From: Vicinamibacterales bacterium
GTDB taxonomy: Bacteria; Acidobacteriota; Vicinamibacteria; Vicinamibacterales; UBA8438
Length of the DNA: 64,000 nt
Assembly (NCBI GenBank): GCA_965207675.1
Contig: CBDBMY010000008.1
Location: 8,545-72,544 of the forward strand
Direction: 5' to 3'
Shown here in pieces: positions 22,817-42,146 of the stretch. The translations under genes were made by a program, and so were the position numbers. Position 1 is the first letter of the stretch; every line of letters starts with the position of its first letter. A model generated the notes under the pieces. That model made no database searches, was not told the DNA's origin, and saw nothing but the letters and a program-made list of their open reading frames with translations.

Positions 22817-24916
22817 CTATCTGCCCTGAATGCGCGCGACGATCTGTTCGCTGACCGCCTGCGGGACCTGATCGTAGCGTTCGAAGTGCATCGTGTAGGT
22901 GGCGCGCCCCTGCGTGCGGGAGCGCAGCTCGGTCGCGTAGCCGAACATCTCGGCCAGCGGCACGCGGGCGTTGACGATCTGCGTGCCGCCGTGGGATTCC
23001 ATCGACTTCACCTTGCCGCGGCGTCCGTTGATGTCGGCGATGATGTCGCCCATGTACACCTCCGGCACCACGACCTCGACCTTCATGATCGGCTCCAGCA
23101 GCACCGGGGCGGCGCGCCGGGCGGCCTCGCGGAACGCCATGGACCCCGCGATCTTGAACGCCACCTCCGACGAGTCGACGTCGTGCGACGAACCGTCGAG
23201 CAGCGTCACGGTCACGTCCTCGACCGGGTACCCGGCGAGGATGCCGGTCGTCACCGCCTCGCGCACGCCCGCCTCGACCGACGGAATGAACTCCTTCGGA
23301 ATCGCGCCGCCGAATATGCGGCTCTCGAAGACGAACCCGTTCCCCGCCTGCCCCGGCACCACGCCGAGCTTGACGTGGCCGTACTGACCGCGCCCGCCGG
23401 TCTGCTTGACGTGCCGGGCCTCGGCCTCCGCCGGCCGCGTGAGCGTCTCGCGATAGGCCACCTGCGGACGGCCGACCGTCGCCGCCACGCCGAACTCGCG
23501 CCGCAGCCGGTCGACGATGATCTCGAGATGGAGCTCACCCATGCCGGACACCACCACCTGCCCGGTCTCGGGGTCGGTTCGGACCTGGAACGTCGGGTCC
23601 TCGGTGGTGAGCTTCGCCAACCCCTGGCCGAGCTTCTCCTGGTCCGCCTTGGTCTTCGGCTCGATGGCCAGCGTGATGACGGGAGTCGGAAACTCCATGG
23701 CCTCGAGCACGACCGGATGCGCCCGGTCGCAGATGGTGTCGCCGGTGGCCACCGTCTTCAGTCCGACCGCGGCCGCGATGTCGCCGGCGTAGACCTGCTC
23801 GATCTCCTCCCGCTTGTTGGCGTGCATCTTCAGCAGGCGGCCGATCCGCTCCCGGCGCCCCAGCCGCGGGTTGTAGATCGTCGCCCCGCTGGCCATGACG
23901 CCGGAGTACACGCGGATGAAGGCGAGCTGACCGACGTAGGGATCGGTCATGATCTTGAAGGCGAGGGCCGAGAACGGCGCGTCGTCCCGCGCCGGACGCG
24001 CGAGCACCGCGTCGCCGTCCGGCACCGTGCCGGCGACGGCGGGAATGTCGGCCGGCGACGGCAGATAGTCGACCACCGCGTCGATCAGCGGCTGCACGCC
24101 CTTGTTCTTGAAGGCGCTGCCGCACAGCACCGGCACGAACGGCGCGTCCTCGCTGCCCACGGACTCGACGGTCCGCCGGCGCAGGATCGGGACGATCTCG
24201 TCGGCCGCGATCGGCTCCCCGTGCAGGTACTTCTCGAGCAGACGGTCGTCGACCTCGCAGACCTTCTCGATCAACGCCTCGCGCGCCGCCGTCGCCTCCT
24301 CGAGGCGGCTCGCCGGAATCTCCTCGAGCGCCGACTCGGCGCCGAGCGATTCGTCCTGGTACCGGACGGCCTTCATCGCGACCAGATCGATCACGCCGGC
24401 GAAGCCGTCCTCGGCGCCGAGCGGCAGCTGGACGGCCACCGGATTCGCCTGGAGCTTCTCGCGGATCTGGGTCAGCGTGCGCTGGAAGTCGGCCCCGACG
24501 CGGTCCATCTTGTTGACGAAGCAGATGCGCGGCACCCGGTACTTGTCGGCCTGGCGCCAGACGGTCTCGGACTGCGGCTCCACGCCGCCCACCGCGTCGA
24601 ACACCGCCACCGCCCCGTCGAGCACCCGCAGCGATCGCTCGACCTCGGCCGTGAAGTCCACGTGCCCCGGCGTGTCGATGATGTTGATGCGGTGGCCGCG
24701 CCACATGCACGTGGTCGCGGCGGAGGTGATGGTGATGCCCCGCTCCTGCTCCTGGGCCATCCAGTCCATGACGGCGGTGCCGTCGTGGACCTCGCCGATC
24801 TTGTAGGTGATGCCGGTATAGAAGAGCACTCGTTCGGTGGTCGTCGTCTTGCCGGCATCGATGTGGGCCATGATGCCGATGTTCCGTGTCCGCTCGAGCG
24901 GCACCTGTCTCGACAT
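22817..24916 (-). CDS. fusA: Elongation factor G
   Basis: Inner part of ORF 22817..25816, from ATG 24916: [35 protein letters not shown]... 699 aa. Confidence 0.96.
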   Translation of the reverse strand: MSRQVPLERTRNIGIMAHIDAGKTTTTERVLFYTGITYKIGEVHDGTAVMDWMAQEQERGITITSAATTCMWRGHRINIIDTPGHVDFTAEVERSLRVLDGAVAVFDAVGGVEPQSETVWRQADKYRVPRICFVNKMDRVGADFQRTLTQIREKLQANPVAVQLPLGAEDGFAGVIDLVAMKAVRYQDESLGAESALEEIPASRLEEATAAREALIEKVCEVDDRLLEKYLHGEPIAADEIVPILRRRTVESVGSEDAPFVPVLCGSAFKNKGVQPLIDAVVDYLPSPADIPAVAGTVPDGDAVLARPARDDAPFSALAFKIMTDPYVGQLAFIRVYSGVMASGATIYNPRLGRRERIGRLLKMHANKREEIEQVYAGDIAAAVGLKTVATGDTICDRAHPVVLEAMEFPTPVITLAIEPKTKADQEKLGQGLAKLTTEDPTFQVRTDPETGQVVVSGMGELHLEIIVDRLRREFGVAATVGRPQVAYRETLTRPAEAEARHVKQTGGRGQYGHVKLGVVPGQAGNGFVFESRIFGGAIPKEFIPSVEAGVREAVTTGILAGYPVEDVTVTLLDGSSHDVDSSEVAFKIAGSMAFREAARRAAPVLLEPIMKVEVVVPEVYMGDIIADINGRRGKVKSMESHGGTQIVNARVPLAEMFGYATELRSRTQGRATYTMHFERYDQVPQAVSEQIVARIQGR

Positions 24917-25029
24917 CACCCTGCCCGTTCGTGCCTGCCGGCCTCGCGCGACCCGTCGGTCCGCGGTCGTCGGGGCGATCTCCAACTCGGCTCCAACCAC
25001 TGGTCTGTTTCCGCCTGCTGACCGCGTCC

Positions 25030-25503
25030 TCACCACCGATAGTGGGCGAACGCCTTGTTCGCTTCGGCCATCCGGTGCGTGTCCTCGCGCTTCTTCACCG
25101 ACCCGCCCCGGAGATTCGACGCGTCGATGAACTCGTTGGCGAGCTTCTCCCGCATCGTCTTGCCGTCGCTGCGGGCCCGCGCATAGCCCGACAACCACCG
25201 CAGGCTCAGCGAGAGCCGGCGGTTCGGGTTGACCTCGATGGGCACCTGGTAGTTCGAGCCGCCGACGCGCCGCGACTTGACCTCGAGGCTGGGCTTTACG
25301 TTGTCGATCGCCTTCTTGAACACCTTGAGCGGATCGTCGCCGGTCCGCTCGCGGATGATGTCGAGGCTGCCGTAAATCAGCCCCTCGGCCGTGCTCCGCT
25401 TGCCGCTCTTCATGATGGTGCGCACGAACTTGGTCACGAGGGTGCTGTTGTAAAGGGGATCCGGGGGAACCTCGCGCTTCGGGACCTCGCGTCTGCGTGG
25501 CAT
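25030..25503 (-). CDS. rpsG: 30S ribosomal protein S7
   Basis: [20 protein letters not shown]... Confidence 0.97.
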   Translation of the reverse strand: MPRRREVPKREVPPDPLYNSTLVTKFVRTIMKSGKRSTAEGLIYGSLDIIRERTGDDPLKVFKKAIDNVKPSLEVKSRRVGGSNYQVPIEVNPNRRLSLSLRWLSGYARARSDGKTMREKLANEFIDASNLRGGSVKKREDTHRMAEANKAFAHYRW

Positions 25504-25539
25504 GGCACTTTCCTCTTCGACGGCCGCGGCACCCGGGCC

Positions 25540-25914
25540 CTACGCCTTCGGCCGCTTCGCCCCGTACTTCGACCGGCTCTGCTTCCGGCCCTGGACGCCG
25601 GTGGTGTCCAGGGTCCCCCGCACCACGTGGTAGCGAACCCCCGGCAGGTCCTTGACGCGGCCGCCGCGAATGAGCACCAGCGAGTGCTCCTGGAGGTTGT
25701 GGCCCTCGCCGGGAATGTACGTGGTCACCTCGATCTGATTGGTCAGCCGGACCCGGGCGACCTTTCGCAGCGCCGAGTTCGGCTTCTTCGGCGTCTGCGT
25801 GAACACCCGCACGCACACGCCCCGGCGTTGGGGAGAGCTCTGCAAGGCGGGGCTCTTGGTCTTGGTCTCGATCCGGTAGCGGCCCTTCCTCACGAGCTGG
25901 CTGATCGTAGGCAC
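25540..25914 (-). CDS. rpsL: 30S ribosomal protein S12
   Basis: GTG start with AAGGAG upstream: (M)[11 protein letters not shown]...[10 protein letters not shown]... Confidence 0.97.
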   Translation of the reverse strand: MPTISQLVRKGRYRIETKTKSPALQSSPQRRGVCVRVFTQTPKKPNSALRKVARVRLTNQIEVTTYIPGEGHNLQEHSLVLIRGGRVKDLPGVRYHVVRGTLDTTGVQGRKQSRSKYGAKRPKA

Positions 25915-26223
25915 GAACCCGCTCCTTGCGTCGATCGCGTCACGAAGTCCCGGCCGGCGGCGAGGACGCCCGCGACAGTCTGCGTCGGGCCTGAAAGCGA
26001 CAGCTTGGCACCCGACGCGTTTGACCCTATTTGTGTGTGCGCGCCGCGAAGAAGAGCCCCGCCGCCCCGCGAGGGCCGACGCGAGCCCGCTCCGTTCGAG
26101 AAAGAGGCGCGTCGTGCGAGGCTCGTCGATGCCCGACCGGGCTCACGGAGCCCGACGGTCCGCACGCCTCTTTCCGACGGTCGGAGTCAGATAGGGTGTC
26201 CCGACTCCGGCCCAAACCTTGCG

Positions 26224-26252
26224 AGGTTAACACGGAAGCCCCGCCAACGCAA
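26224..26252 (-). promoter_or_regulatory. Candidate promoter of the rpsL-rpsG-fusA-tuf (str) operon
   Basis: Minus strand: TTGCGT (26252-26247), 17 nt, TAACCT (26229-26224), in the 390-nt rpoC/rpsL spacer. The leader would be about 300 nt. Confidence 0.35.
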
Positions 26253-26280
26253 GGGCCTGCCCCTTCGTCCCGCCGCGCGT

Positions 26281-26304
26281 CACTCTTCCGGAGGCGGCGG
26301 CGTC

Positions 26305-26323
<19 letters not shown>
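26281..26323 (-). repeat. Family A repeat, 5' half, overlapping the rpoC 3' end
   Basis: Sense strand: CAGGAGTCCGCGCCGTAGGACGCCGCCGCCTCCGGAAGAGTG. Its codons GAG-TCC-GCG-CCG-TAG give the rpoC tail ...ESAP*. Confidence 0.75.
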
Positions 26324-30495
<4,172 letters not shown>

Positions 30496-30587
30496 GGGTT
30501 CTCCTGCGCCGAGCCAGACCCGCGCCGCGGAGGCCCGAATGGCCCCGCGGCCCCTGTCGTTCCCGCGCGGTGCGGTACTTCCGCCAG

Positions 30588-30667
30588 CCCGCCAATCGTC
30601 GCCTGCGGCTCCGCTTGGCGCCCGACCGACCCTGCCAGGAGTCTGTGCCGTTCTGCGGCGCGGACTC

Positions 30668-30670
<3 letters not shown>
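30588..30670 (-). repeat. Family A repeat, reference copy (after rpoB stop)
   Basis: Sense strand: TAGGAGTCCGCGCCGCAGAACGGCACAGACTCCTGGCAGGGTCGGTCGGGCGCCAAGCGGAGCCGCAGGCGACGATTGGCGGG. Confidence 0.88.
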
Positions 30671-35017
<4,347 letters not shown>

Positions 35018-35311
35018 TCTGCATCCTCGGACTGGCGGCCAGGATGGGATGATTCAGAAATGTGCTCGCTACGTCTCCAGCGGTTCCAGGTGCGCCGCCC
35101 GAGGAAACATGAGCCGGGGCCGGCACGCGACCCGCGGCTCCTGGTCCGGCCCGCGTCCGCGCGGCGCCGGTCAGGGCCGCGCGACGCCGCCCCCACCATC
35201 CATCCCCACTTCCGGGACCGGGCGGGCGGGAGGGCGCGCCGCCGCGGCCCGACCGTGCGTATCGCGTCGGCATGGGCCGACGAGCGCGCAACCCTGCCCG
35301 GGGCGAAGGCG

Positions 35312-35701
35312 CTACTTCACCTCGGCCTTGGCGCCAACCTCCTCGAACTTCTTCGCGATGGCTTCCGCCTCGTCCTTGGGAATGTCCTCCTTGACCGCCT
35401 TCGGGGCGCTCTCGACGAGGTCCTTGGCCTCCTTGAGTCCCAGGCTCGTCACTTCGCGGACCGCCTTGATCACGTTGATCTTCTTGGGGCCGACCTCCAC
35501 GAGCATGACCGTGAACTCGGTCTGCTCCTCGGCCGCCTCGGCCGCCGCCCCCGGAGCCGCGGCGCCCGCCACCGCGACCGGCATCGCCGCCGCGGCGGAG
35601 ACCCCGAGCTCCTCCTCGAGGGTCTTGACGAGCTGGGAGAGCTCGAGCACGGAGATTCCCTTGATGTAGTCGACAACCTGCTCCTGCGTCACTTCGGCCA
35701 T
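35312..35701 (-). CDS. rplL: 50S ribosomal protein L7/L12
   Basis: 129 aa with Ala-rich hinge and ...[10 protein letters not shown]... C-terminal domain. Confidence 0.97.
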   Translation of the reverse strand: MAEVTQEQVVDYIKGISVLELSQLVKTLEEELGVSAAAAMPVAVAGAAAPGAAAEAAEEQTEFTVMLVEVGPKKINVIKAVREVTSLGLKEAKDLVESAPKAVKEDIPKDEAEAIAKKFEEVGAKAEVK

Positions 35702-35737
35702 GACCAGACTCCTCGCACTGAAAACCCCGGAAGGCGG

Positions 35738-36289
35738 CTAACCGTCCGCCTGTTCCTGTTCCTCCGATTCCCTTCGCTTCTTCTCCGCCTGAACGAGCAC
35801 GCCGAGGAGGTCGCGCGGGACCGCGCCCAACACGCCGACGAGCTGGCTCATGGGAGCCTGCAGGGTCCTGAGCAGGGTCGCCCGCAGCTCGTCCTTGCCG
35901 GGCAGGGTCGCGAGGCTCTCGACCTCGGCCGGGGCCATGGGCTGCCCCGACACCATGCCCGACTTGACCTTGAGCTCGGGCGTCGTCCTGGCGAAGGTCA
36001 CGAGAGCTTTCGCCAGCCCGACCGGATCCTCCTCGGTGTACGCGACCGCCGTGGTGCCGCGAAACGAGTCCCGCAGCGGTTCGTAGGCGGTCCCGGCCAC
36101 GGCGCGCCGGGCCAGCGTGTTCTTGACGACGCGATAGCTGCCCCGCGCCGCACGAACCTGGCGCCGCAGCTCGGTGACCTTCGGCACGTCCAAACCGCTG
36201 AAATCGACGAGAACCACGCTCTCCGCGCTGGCCAGGGCCTCGTTCAACTCCCCGATCCGCTCATTCTTGGCGCTTCTACTGACCGGCAT
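35738..36289 (-). CDS. rplJ: 50S ribosomal protein L10
   Basis: 183 aa; ...VVLVDFSGLDVPKVTELRRQVRAA... Confidence 0.95.
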   Translation of the reverse strand: MPVSRSAKNERIGELNEALASAESVVLVDFSGLDVPKVTELRRQVRAARGSYRVVKNTLARRAVAGTAYEPLRDSFRGTTAVAYTEEDPVGLAKALVTFARTTPELKVKSGMVSGQPMAPAEVESLATLPGKDELRATLLRTLQAPMSQLVGVLGAVPRDLLGVLVQAEKKRRESEEQEQADG

Positions 36290-36347
36290 CTCTCTCCCCG
36301 ACGCTCTACGGTGCGGCCCGGCGGCGGCGCGACCGGGCCGCCGCCCC

Positions 36348-37049
36348 TCACTGAACCAGCGTATCGACTCTCGACGCGTCGATCCTGACCCCGGGTCCCA
36401 TGGTCGACGAGACGGTCACGCTCCGCACGTACTTGCCCCGCGCCGCCGCCGGCTTCGCGCGGACGACGCTGGCCATCAACGCCTCGGCGTTCTCGACGAG
36501 GGCGCCGGAGTCGAAGGAGCACCGACCCACCGGCGCGTGCACCACCCCGGCCTTGTCGACGCGGTAGTTGACCTTGCCGGCCTTGATCTCCTTGATCGCC
36601 TGGGCCACCTCGAACGTCACCGTGCCGGTCTTCGGATTCGGCATCAGCCCCCGGGGCCCCAGCACCTTGCCGAGCCTCCCGACCACCCGCATCATGTCGG
36701 GGGTGGCGACCACGGCATCGAACTCCAGCCACCCCCCCTGGATGCGCTCGACCATCTCCTCGCCGCCGACGACGTCGGCCCCGGCCTCCTCGGCTTCCTT
36801 CTGCTTCTCGCCGCCGGCGATCACCAGCACCCGCTTGGACCGGCCCAGCCCATGCGGCAGCACGACCGTACCCCGCACCATCTGGTCCGCGTGCTTCGGG
36901 TTCACGCCCAGCCGGAGCGCCACCTCCACCGACTCGTCGAAGCCCGCGTATCCGACCTTCTGGAGAAGGGGCATCGCCTCGGCCAGGCTGTACAGCCGGT
37001 CCTCGACCTGCTCGGCCGCCGCCCTGAACTTCCTGCTCTTCCTCGCCAT
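36348..37049 (-). CDS. rplA: 50S ribosomal protein L1
   Basis: Inner part of ORF 36348..38300, from ATG 37049: [25 protein letters not shown]... Confidence 0.95.
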   Translation of the reverse strand: MARKSRKFRAAAEQVEDRLYSLAEAMPLLQKVGYAGFDESVEVALRLGVNPKHADQMVRGTVVLPHGLGRSKRVLVIAGGEKQKEAEEAGADVVGGEEMVERIQGGWLEFDAVVATPDMMRVVGRLGKVLGPRGLMPNPKTGTVTFEVAQAIKEIKAGKVNYRVDKAGVVHAPVGRCSFDSGALVENAEALMASVVRAKPAAARGKYVRSVTVSSTMGPGVRIDASRVDTLVQ

Positions 37050-37109
37050 CTCTGCCCCTCCGCCACACCCGGTGCGCGGCCGAGGCCGCCCGACCGCGTG
37101 GGCGCCTCG

Positions 37110-37209
37110 CCCGCCCATCGTCGGCTTCGGCTCCGCCTGGCGCCCGACCAACCTTCCGGGAGTCTGCGCCTCCTGCCAGGAGGCGGGCTCTACGGCGCCG
37201 ACTCCTGCC
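37110..37209 (-). repeat. Family A repeat, overlapping the rplK 3' end
   Basis: Sense strand: CAGGAGTCGGCGCCGTAGAGCCCGCCTCCTGGCAGGAGGCGCAGACTCCCGGAAGGTTGGTCGGGCGCCAGGCGGAGCCGAAGCCGACGATGGGCGGG. Supplies the rplK tail ...QESAP*. Confidence 0.85.
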
Positions 37210-37630
37210 CCGCGATCTCGATCCCCATGGAGCGGGCCGTGCCCGCCACCACCTTCACCGCCCCGGCCAGATCGTTGGTGTTCAGGTCCGGCATCTTGGT
37301 CTTCGCGATCTCCTCGACCTGGGCCACGGTCACCTCGCCGACCTTGTTGCGATTCGGCTCGGCCGAGCCCTTGGCGATGTTGGCGGCCCGCTTGAGCAGC
37401 ACGGCCGCGGGCGGGGTCTTGGTGATGAAGCTCAGGGTGCGATCGGCGTAGATGGTCACGACCGCCGGAATGACGAGCCCTTCCTGACTGGCGGTCCTGG
37501 CGTTGAAGGCCTTGCAGAAGTCCATGATGTTGACCCCGTGCGGACCGAGCGCGGTCCCCACCGGGGGCGCCGGCGTCGCCTTGCCGGCCGCAATCTGGAG
37601 CTTGACCATTCCGATCACCTTCTTCGCCAT
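37190..37630 (-). CDS. rplK: 50S ribosomal protein L11
   Basis: [43 protein letters not shown]... Confidence 0.97.
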   Translation of the reverse strand: MAKKVIGMVKLQIAAGKATPAPPVGTALGPHGVNIMDFCKAFNARTASQEGLVIPAVVTIYADRTLSFITKTPPAAVLLKRAANIAKGSAEPNRNKVGEVTVAQVEEIAKTKMPDLNTNDLAGAVKVVAGTARSMGIEIAGQESAP

Positions 37631-37649
37631 GTCCCGTCCAACCTCCGAT

Positions 37650-37783
37650 CACGCGCGACCTCGCGGTCGCGTCGGGAGCTTCGCTGACGCGAAACTCCTG
37701 CGGCCTCCGATTCGCCGCCCGACCAACCCGGCCGGGGCCGCCGCCAGCCGGCGACCGGCGCCGTTCCACGGCGCCGAGGTCTA
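37650..37783 (-). repeat. Family A-related composite repeat (after nusG stop)
   Basis: Sense strand: TAGACCTCGGCGCCGTGGAACGGCGCC...GGGTTGGTCGGGCGGCGAATCGGAGGCCGCAGGAGTTTCGCGTCAGCGAAGCTCC...GCGACCGCGAGGTCGC. Confidence 0.65.
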
Positions 37784-38323
37784 CAGCTTCTCGACCTGCA
37801 GGAAATCGAGCTCCACCGGCGTCGATCGCCCGAAGATGGTCACCATGACCCTCAACGTGTTCCGATCCAGATTGACATCGTCCACGGTGCCGTTGAAGCT
37901 GTTGAACGGCCCCTCGTTGATGCGCACCTGGTCGCCCTTCTCGAACGTGTACTTCGGCTTGGGCTTCTCCGCCGCGACCGTGACCTGGTGGAGAATCTGG
38001 TCCACTTCCTCGCGCGTCAGCGGTGTCGGCTTCGAGCCCGCGCCGACGAATCCGGTCACCTTCGGCGTGTTCCGGACCACGTGCCACGCATGGTCGGACA
38101 TGTTCATCTCGATCAGGATGTAGCCGGGGAAGAAACGCTTCGAGCTGACGACGCGCTTGCCTCCGCGCATCTCGACGACGTCCTCGGTCGGAATGAGGAC
38201 GTCGCCGATGTCCGCCTGCAGCCCGTAGGCCTGGACCCGTTGCTGAAGCGACTCGGACACCTTCTTCTCGAAGCCCGAGTAGGTGTGCACGATGTACCAC
38301 TGCCGGGTGCTGACGTCGGTCAT
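37781..38323 (-). CDS. nusG: Transcription termination/antitermination factor NusG
   Basis: Inner part of ORF 37781..38704, from ATG 38323 (ATGA overlap with the secE stop): ...[14 protein letters not shown]...KOW ([18 protein letters not shown]). Confidence 0.95.
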   Translation of the reverse strand: MTDVSTRQWYIVHTYSGFEKKVSESLQQRVQAYGLQADIGDVLIPTEDVVEMRGGKRVVSSKRFFPGYILIEMNMSDHAWHVVRNTPKVTGFVGAGSKPTPLTREEVDQILHQVTVAAEKPKPKYTFEKGDQVRINEGPFNSFNGTVDDVNLDRNTLRVMVTIFGRSTPVELDFLQVEKL

Positions 38324-38574
38324 TGCGCTCCGAAAGTCTCGAAGATGAACCTGGCGACCCGGGTCAGGACGAGATCGATGCTCCAGAGGTAGATTCCGAA
38401 GAACACCGAGGTCAGGATGACGACCAGCGTCGTGGCGTAGACCTCCTTGCGGGTCGGCCACGTCACCCGCTCCATCTCGTTCTTGACCTGGGCGAGAAAG
38501 ACGCGAGCCCGACCGAACCACCCCGTGACGGGGAGCGACGAGTCTCTGACGTTGTCGAGTCGTGCTGACTTCAC
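38320..38574 (-). CDS. secE: Preprotein translocase subunit SecE
   Basis: ORF 38320..38673 runs into tRNA-Trp, so I chose GTG 38574 (AGGAAAGGA upstream): ...[20 protein letters not shown] plus one TM. Start is uncertain. Confidence 0.8.
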   Translation of the reverse strand: MKSARLDNVRDSSLPVTGWFGRARVFLAQVKNEMERVTWPTRKEVYATTLVVILTSVFFGIYLWSIDLVLTRVARFIFETFGAQ

Positions 38575-38643
38575 GAAGTGCCCGGTCCTTTCCTGCTTGC
38601 GCGGACAGCGGACGCGCGCCGCGCCGGCTCCGCCGAACGCTTG

Positions 38644-38719
38644 TGGCAGGCCAGGAGGGAATCGAACCCCCAACCCCCGGTTTTGGAGACCGGTGCTCTG
38701 CCAATTGAGCTACTGGCCT
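38644..38719 (-). tRNA. tRNA-Trp (anticodon CCA)
   Basis: AGGCCAGTAGCTCAATTGGCAGAGCACCGGTCTCCAAAACCGGGGGTTGGGGGTTCGATTCCCTCCTGGCCTGCCA. Cloverleaf, T-loop GGTTCGATT, CCA encoded. Confidence 0.93.
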
Positions 38720-38854
38720 GTGCTCCTGGTGTCCGCCGGCCCGAACTCCGCGGCCTCACGCGCATCCGGCCGGCAACGGCGACCCCCCGCTCGCGGTCCG
38801 GCGCACGTCGCGGGGCCGCACCGCCCGGAAACGAAGAAAATGGTCCGCCGCTCG

Positions 38855-39004
38855 CTATTTCGACTCCCGGTGAACGGTGTGGGAGCGACACCAGCGGCAG
38901 TACTTCTTGAACTCCAGCCGCCCCGTCGTCTTCCGCTTGTTCTTCGTCGTGCTGTAGTTGCGGCGCTTGCAGTCGGTGCACGCCAACAAGATGATGTCCC
39001 GCAT
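38855..39004 (-). CDS. rpmG: 50S ribosomal protein L33 (zinc-binding form)
   Basis: Not in the ORF track (49 aa). Hand translation: [49 protein letters not shown]. Confidence 0.92.
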   Translation of the reverse strand: MRDIILLACTDCKRRNYSTTKNKRKTTGRLEFKKYCRWCRSHTVHRESK

Positions 39005-39067
39005 GGATCGAGCTACTCCACAATCAGAAGTGCGTTCTCCCGGACCGCGGCGCGAGTTCGCGGACGC

Positions 39068-40255
<1,188 letters not shown>

Positions 40256-40415
40256 TTGTTCGCTCGCTCTCGAATCGATGCTCCGCGCCCGCCCGCGCTT
40301 CCCGCAATCGTCGGCGCCGTGCCCTCGCCCGGCCCCGCGGGCCTGCCGCCCCGCCCGACGCCCCCGGCAGTCCGCCGACGCCCGCCGACCCGAAGAACGC
40401 GGCTCCCGGGGAGGC

Positions 40416-40491
<76 letters not shown>

Positions 40492-40629
40492 ACCCTGTCG
40501 CACGCCCCGCCGCCCGACGCCCCCCGTCACCGGTGCGGCCGGAGGGCCGCGCCGGGCACTCGCCCCGCCGGGGCCTTCACGCCGCCCCCCTGCGCGACCG
40601 AGGGGACCGCGCCGCCGCACGCGAGGAAC

Positions 40630-40704
40630 TGGAGCGGGAGACGGGGATCGAACCCGCGACCAACAGCTTGGAAGGCTGTGACTCTACCACTGAGTTACTC
40701 CCGC
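40630..40704 (-). tRNA. tRNA-Gly (anticodon UCC)
   Basis: GCGGGAGTAACTCAGTGGTAGAGTCACAGCCTTCCAAGCTGTTGGTCGCGGGTTCGATCCCCGTCTCCCGCTCCA; CCA encoded. Confidence 0.92.
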
Positions 40705-40773
40705 CTTCGCGATCCCTGCCGTCATGGAACACGAGCCGGCGCCGCCGCGTCCCTCGGCCGTGCCGGACGAAGC

Positions 40774-40860
40774 TGGTGGCGAGGGGAGGATTCGAACCTC
40801 CGAAGCCTCTAGGGCGACAGATTTACAGTCTGTTGCGTTTGACCGCTCCGCAACCTCGCC
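40774..40860 (-). tRNA. tRNA-Tyr (anticodon GUA), long variable arm
   Basis: GGCGAGGTTGCGGAGCGGTCAAACGCAACAGACTGTAAATCTGTCGCCCTAGAGGCTTCGGAGGTTCGAATCCTCCCCTCGCCACCA. Confidence 0.92.
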
Positions 40861-40898
40861 GTATCCCAAACGTTCTGCGCCGGGCAACCCGGTGAAGT

Positions 40899-40932
40899 CC
40901 CCGCTGCATTCGAGAGCGATGCATCCCGCCGA
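40899..40932 (-). repeat. Family B intergenic repeat, copy 4 (tRNA-Thr/tRNA-Tyr spacer)
   Basis: Plus strand: ccccgctgcattcgagagcgatgcatcccgccga. Confidence 0.7.
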
Positions 40933-41108
40933 TCCGCCGCCGCCCTCCCGGCGCGGTGCGACGCGGAGCTTCACCTCGGGCTCCGGGCAGCCGCGACGCA
41001 CGCTCGAGGCCGGCCGGACCGGCAGGCGGACACCGACACCGTGGTCACCTCGCCAACGGAGATCACACCGGCCCGCCGAAACCCACCTGTCACGTGGAAG
41101 CAATCCGC

Positions 41109-41185
41109 TGGAGCTGGCGAAGGGATTCGAACCCCCGACCCGCTGATTACAAATCAGCTGCTCTACCGGACTGAGCTACGCCAGC
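41109..41185 (-). tRNA. tRNA-Thr (anticodon UGU)
   Basis: GCTGGCGTAGCTCAGTCCGGTAGAGCAGCTGATTTGTAATCAGCGGGTCGGGGGTTCGAATCCCTTCGCCAGCTCCA. Confidence 0.92.
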
Positions 41186-41199
41186 CGGACCAAACGGAG

Positions 41200-41229
41200 A
41201 ATTTAGCACGATCGGCCCCGTCTGCGCAA
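41200..41229 (-). promoter_or_regulatory. Candidate promoter of the tRNA(Thr-Tyr-Gly-Thr)-tuf operon
   Basis: Minus strand: TTGCGC (41229-41224), 18 nt, TAAATT (41205-41200), about 15 nt upstream of the tRNA-Thr 5' end. Confidence 0.45.
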
Positions 41230-41277
41230 GGCGCATCTCGCGTGCCCCGGCGCGCCACCCGCCGGGGCAGGGGGAGC

Positions 41278-42045
41278 TCACGCCGATCCCGGGCCCGGCG
41301 CGGCGGCGCGTCCTCCGGCCCCGCCGGCGCGGGCGGGGCCGGCGCGGCGCTGCCGCACCGCCTCGAAGAGCGCGACGCCGGCCGCGACCGAGACGTTGAG
41401 GCTGTTCACCCGCCCGAGCATGGGTATCGACACCACGCGATCGCACCGGTCCCGGACGAGGCGCCGCAGCCCGCGCCCTTCGCTGCCGACCACGAGGGCG
41501 GTCGGCAGGGTCAGGTCGACGTCCCGGTACAGGTCGTCGCCGTCCGCCTCGAGCCCCACCGCCCACACCCCCGCCGCCCGAAGGGCGGCCACCGCCCGGG
41601 CGATGTTGACGACCGACACGATCCGAACGTGCGACGCCGCGCCGGCGGACGCCTTCTCGACCTGCCCGAGGGGGGCGGCCCGCCGCGTCTGCCGGACGAC
41701 CCCGTCGACCCCCGCCGCCTCGGCGCTGCGCAGGATCGCCCCGAGGTTCCCGGGGTCCTCGATGCCGTCGAGCACGAGGAGCAGCGCCGGTTCGCGAAGA
41801 CCGCCGATCAACGCTTCCAGGCTGACGGCCTCCGGCGGGTCGACGTCCGCCGCCACCCCCTGATGCGCCGCGCCTCCCGCCATCCGGTCGAGGGCGGCCG
41901 GAGGCACGCGGACCACCGGGATGCCGCTCTCCTGCGCGAACCGGCGGATCTCGGCCGTCTTGCGCGAGTCCGAGGCGAGGCGAACGGTCCGGACGCGCTC
42001 CGCCCGCAACGCCTCGAGCACCGGATTGACGCCGTAGACGATCAC
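41278..42045 (-). CDS. rlmB: 23S rRNA 2'-O-methyltransferase, SpoU/TrmH family (RlmB-like)
   Basis: ORF 41278..42078 starts at a TTG inside a repeat, so I chose GTG 42045: (M)IVYGVNPVLEAL... SpoU motifs LVLDGIEDPGNLGAILRSA and IPMLGRVNSLNVSVA. Confidence 0.85.
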   Translation of the reverse strand: MIVYGVNPVLEALRAERVRTVRLASDSRKTAEIRRFAQESGIPVVRVPPAALDRMAGGAAHQGVAADVDPPEAVSLEALIGGLREPALLLVLDGIEDPGNLGAILRSAEAAGVDGVVRQTRRAAPLGQVEKASAGAASHVRIVSVVNIARAVAALRAAGVWAVGLEADGDDLYRDVDLTLPTALVVGSEGRGLRRLVRDRCDRVVSIPMLGRVNSLNVSVAAGVALFEAVRQRRAGPARAGGAGGRAAAPGPGSA

Positions 42046-42070
42046 GATGCCCCCCGGCCCGCTACCTGCC

Positions 42071-42146
42071 CCCGCCAATCGTCGCCCGTGGCTCCGCTCG
42101 GTTGCCCAACCGACCCTGGCGGCGCGCGGCTACGGTGAAGACTCCC
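42071..42146 (-). repeat. Family A repeat, short form, overlapping the ispDF 3' end
   Basis: Sense strand: GGGAGTCTTCACCGTAGCCGCGCGCCGCCAGGGTCGGTTGGGCAACCGAGCGGAGCCACGGGCGACGATTGGCGGG. Gives the ispDF tail ...RESSP*. Confidence 0.8.

Noticed and set aside
22817-25816. Long N-terminal extensions on ORFs containing fusA, rplA (36348..38300), ispE (51930..53681), map (7920..9413), rpsC, rplV, rplC, prs and others.
   Set aside because: The extensions run through upstream genes or repeat elements. Conserved N-termini with SD sequences or ATGA coupling define much shorter genes, so I trimmed the starts accordingly.
25915-26304. Small ORFs (25890..26165, 26027..26233) in the 390-nt rpoC/rpsL spacer.
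   Set aside because: They are Arg/Ser/Gly-rich, lack an SD and overlap the rpsL start or the putative str promoter. The region is more likely a leader with hairpins, including a GGAGTC...GACTCC stem at about 26181-26209.
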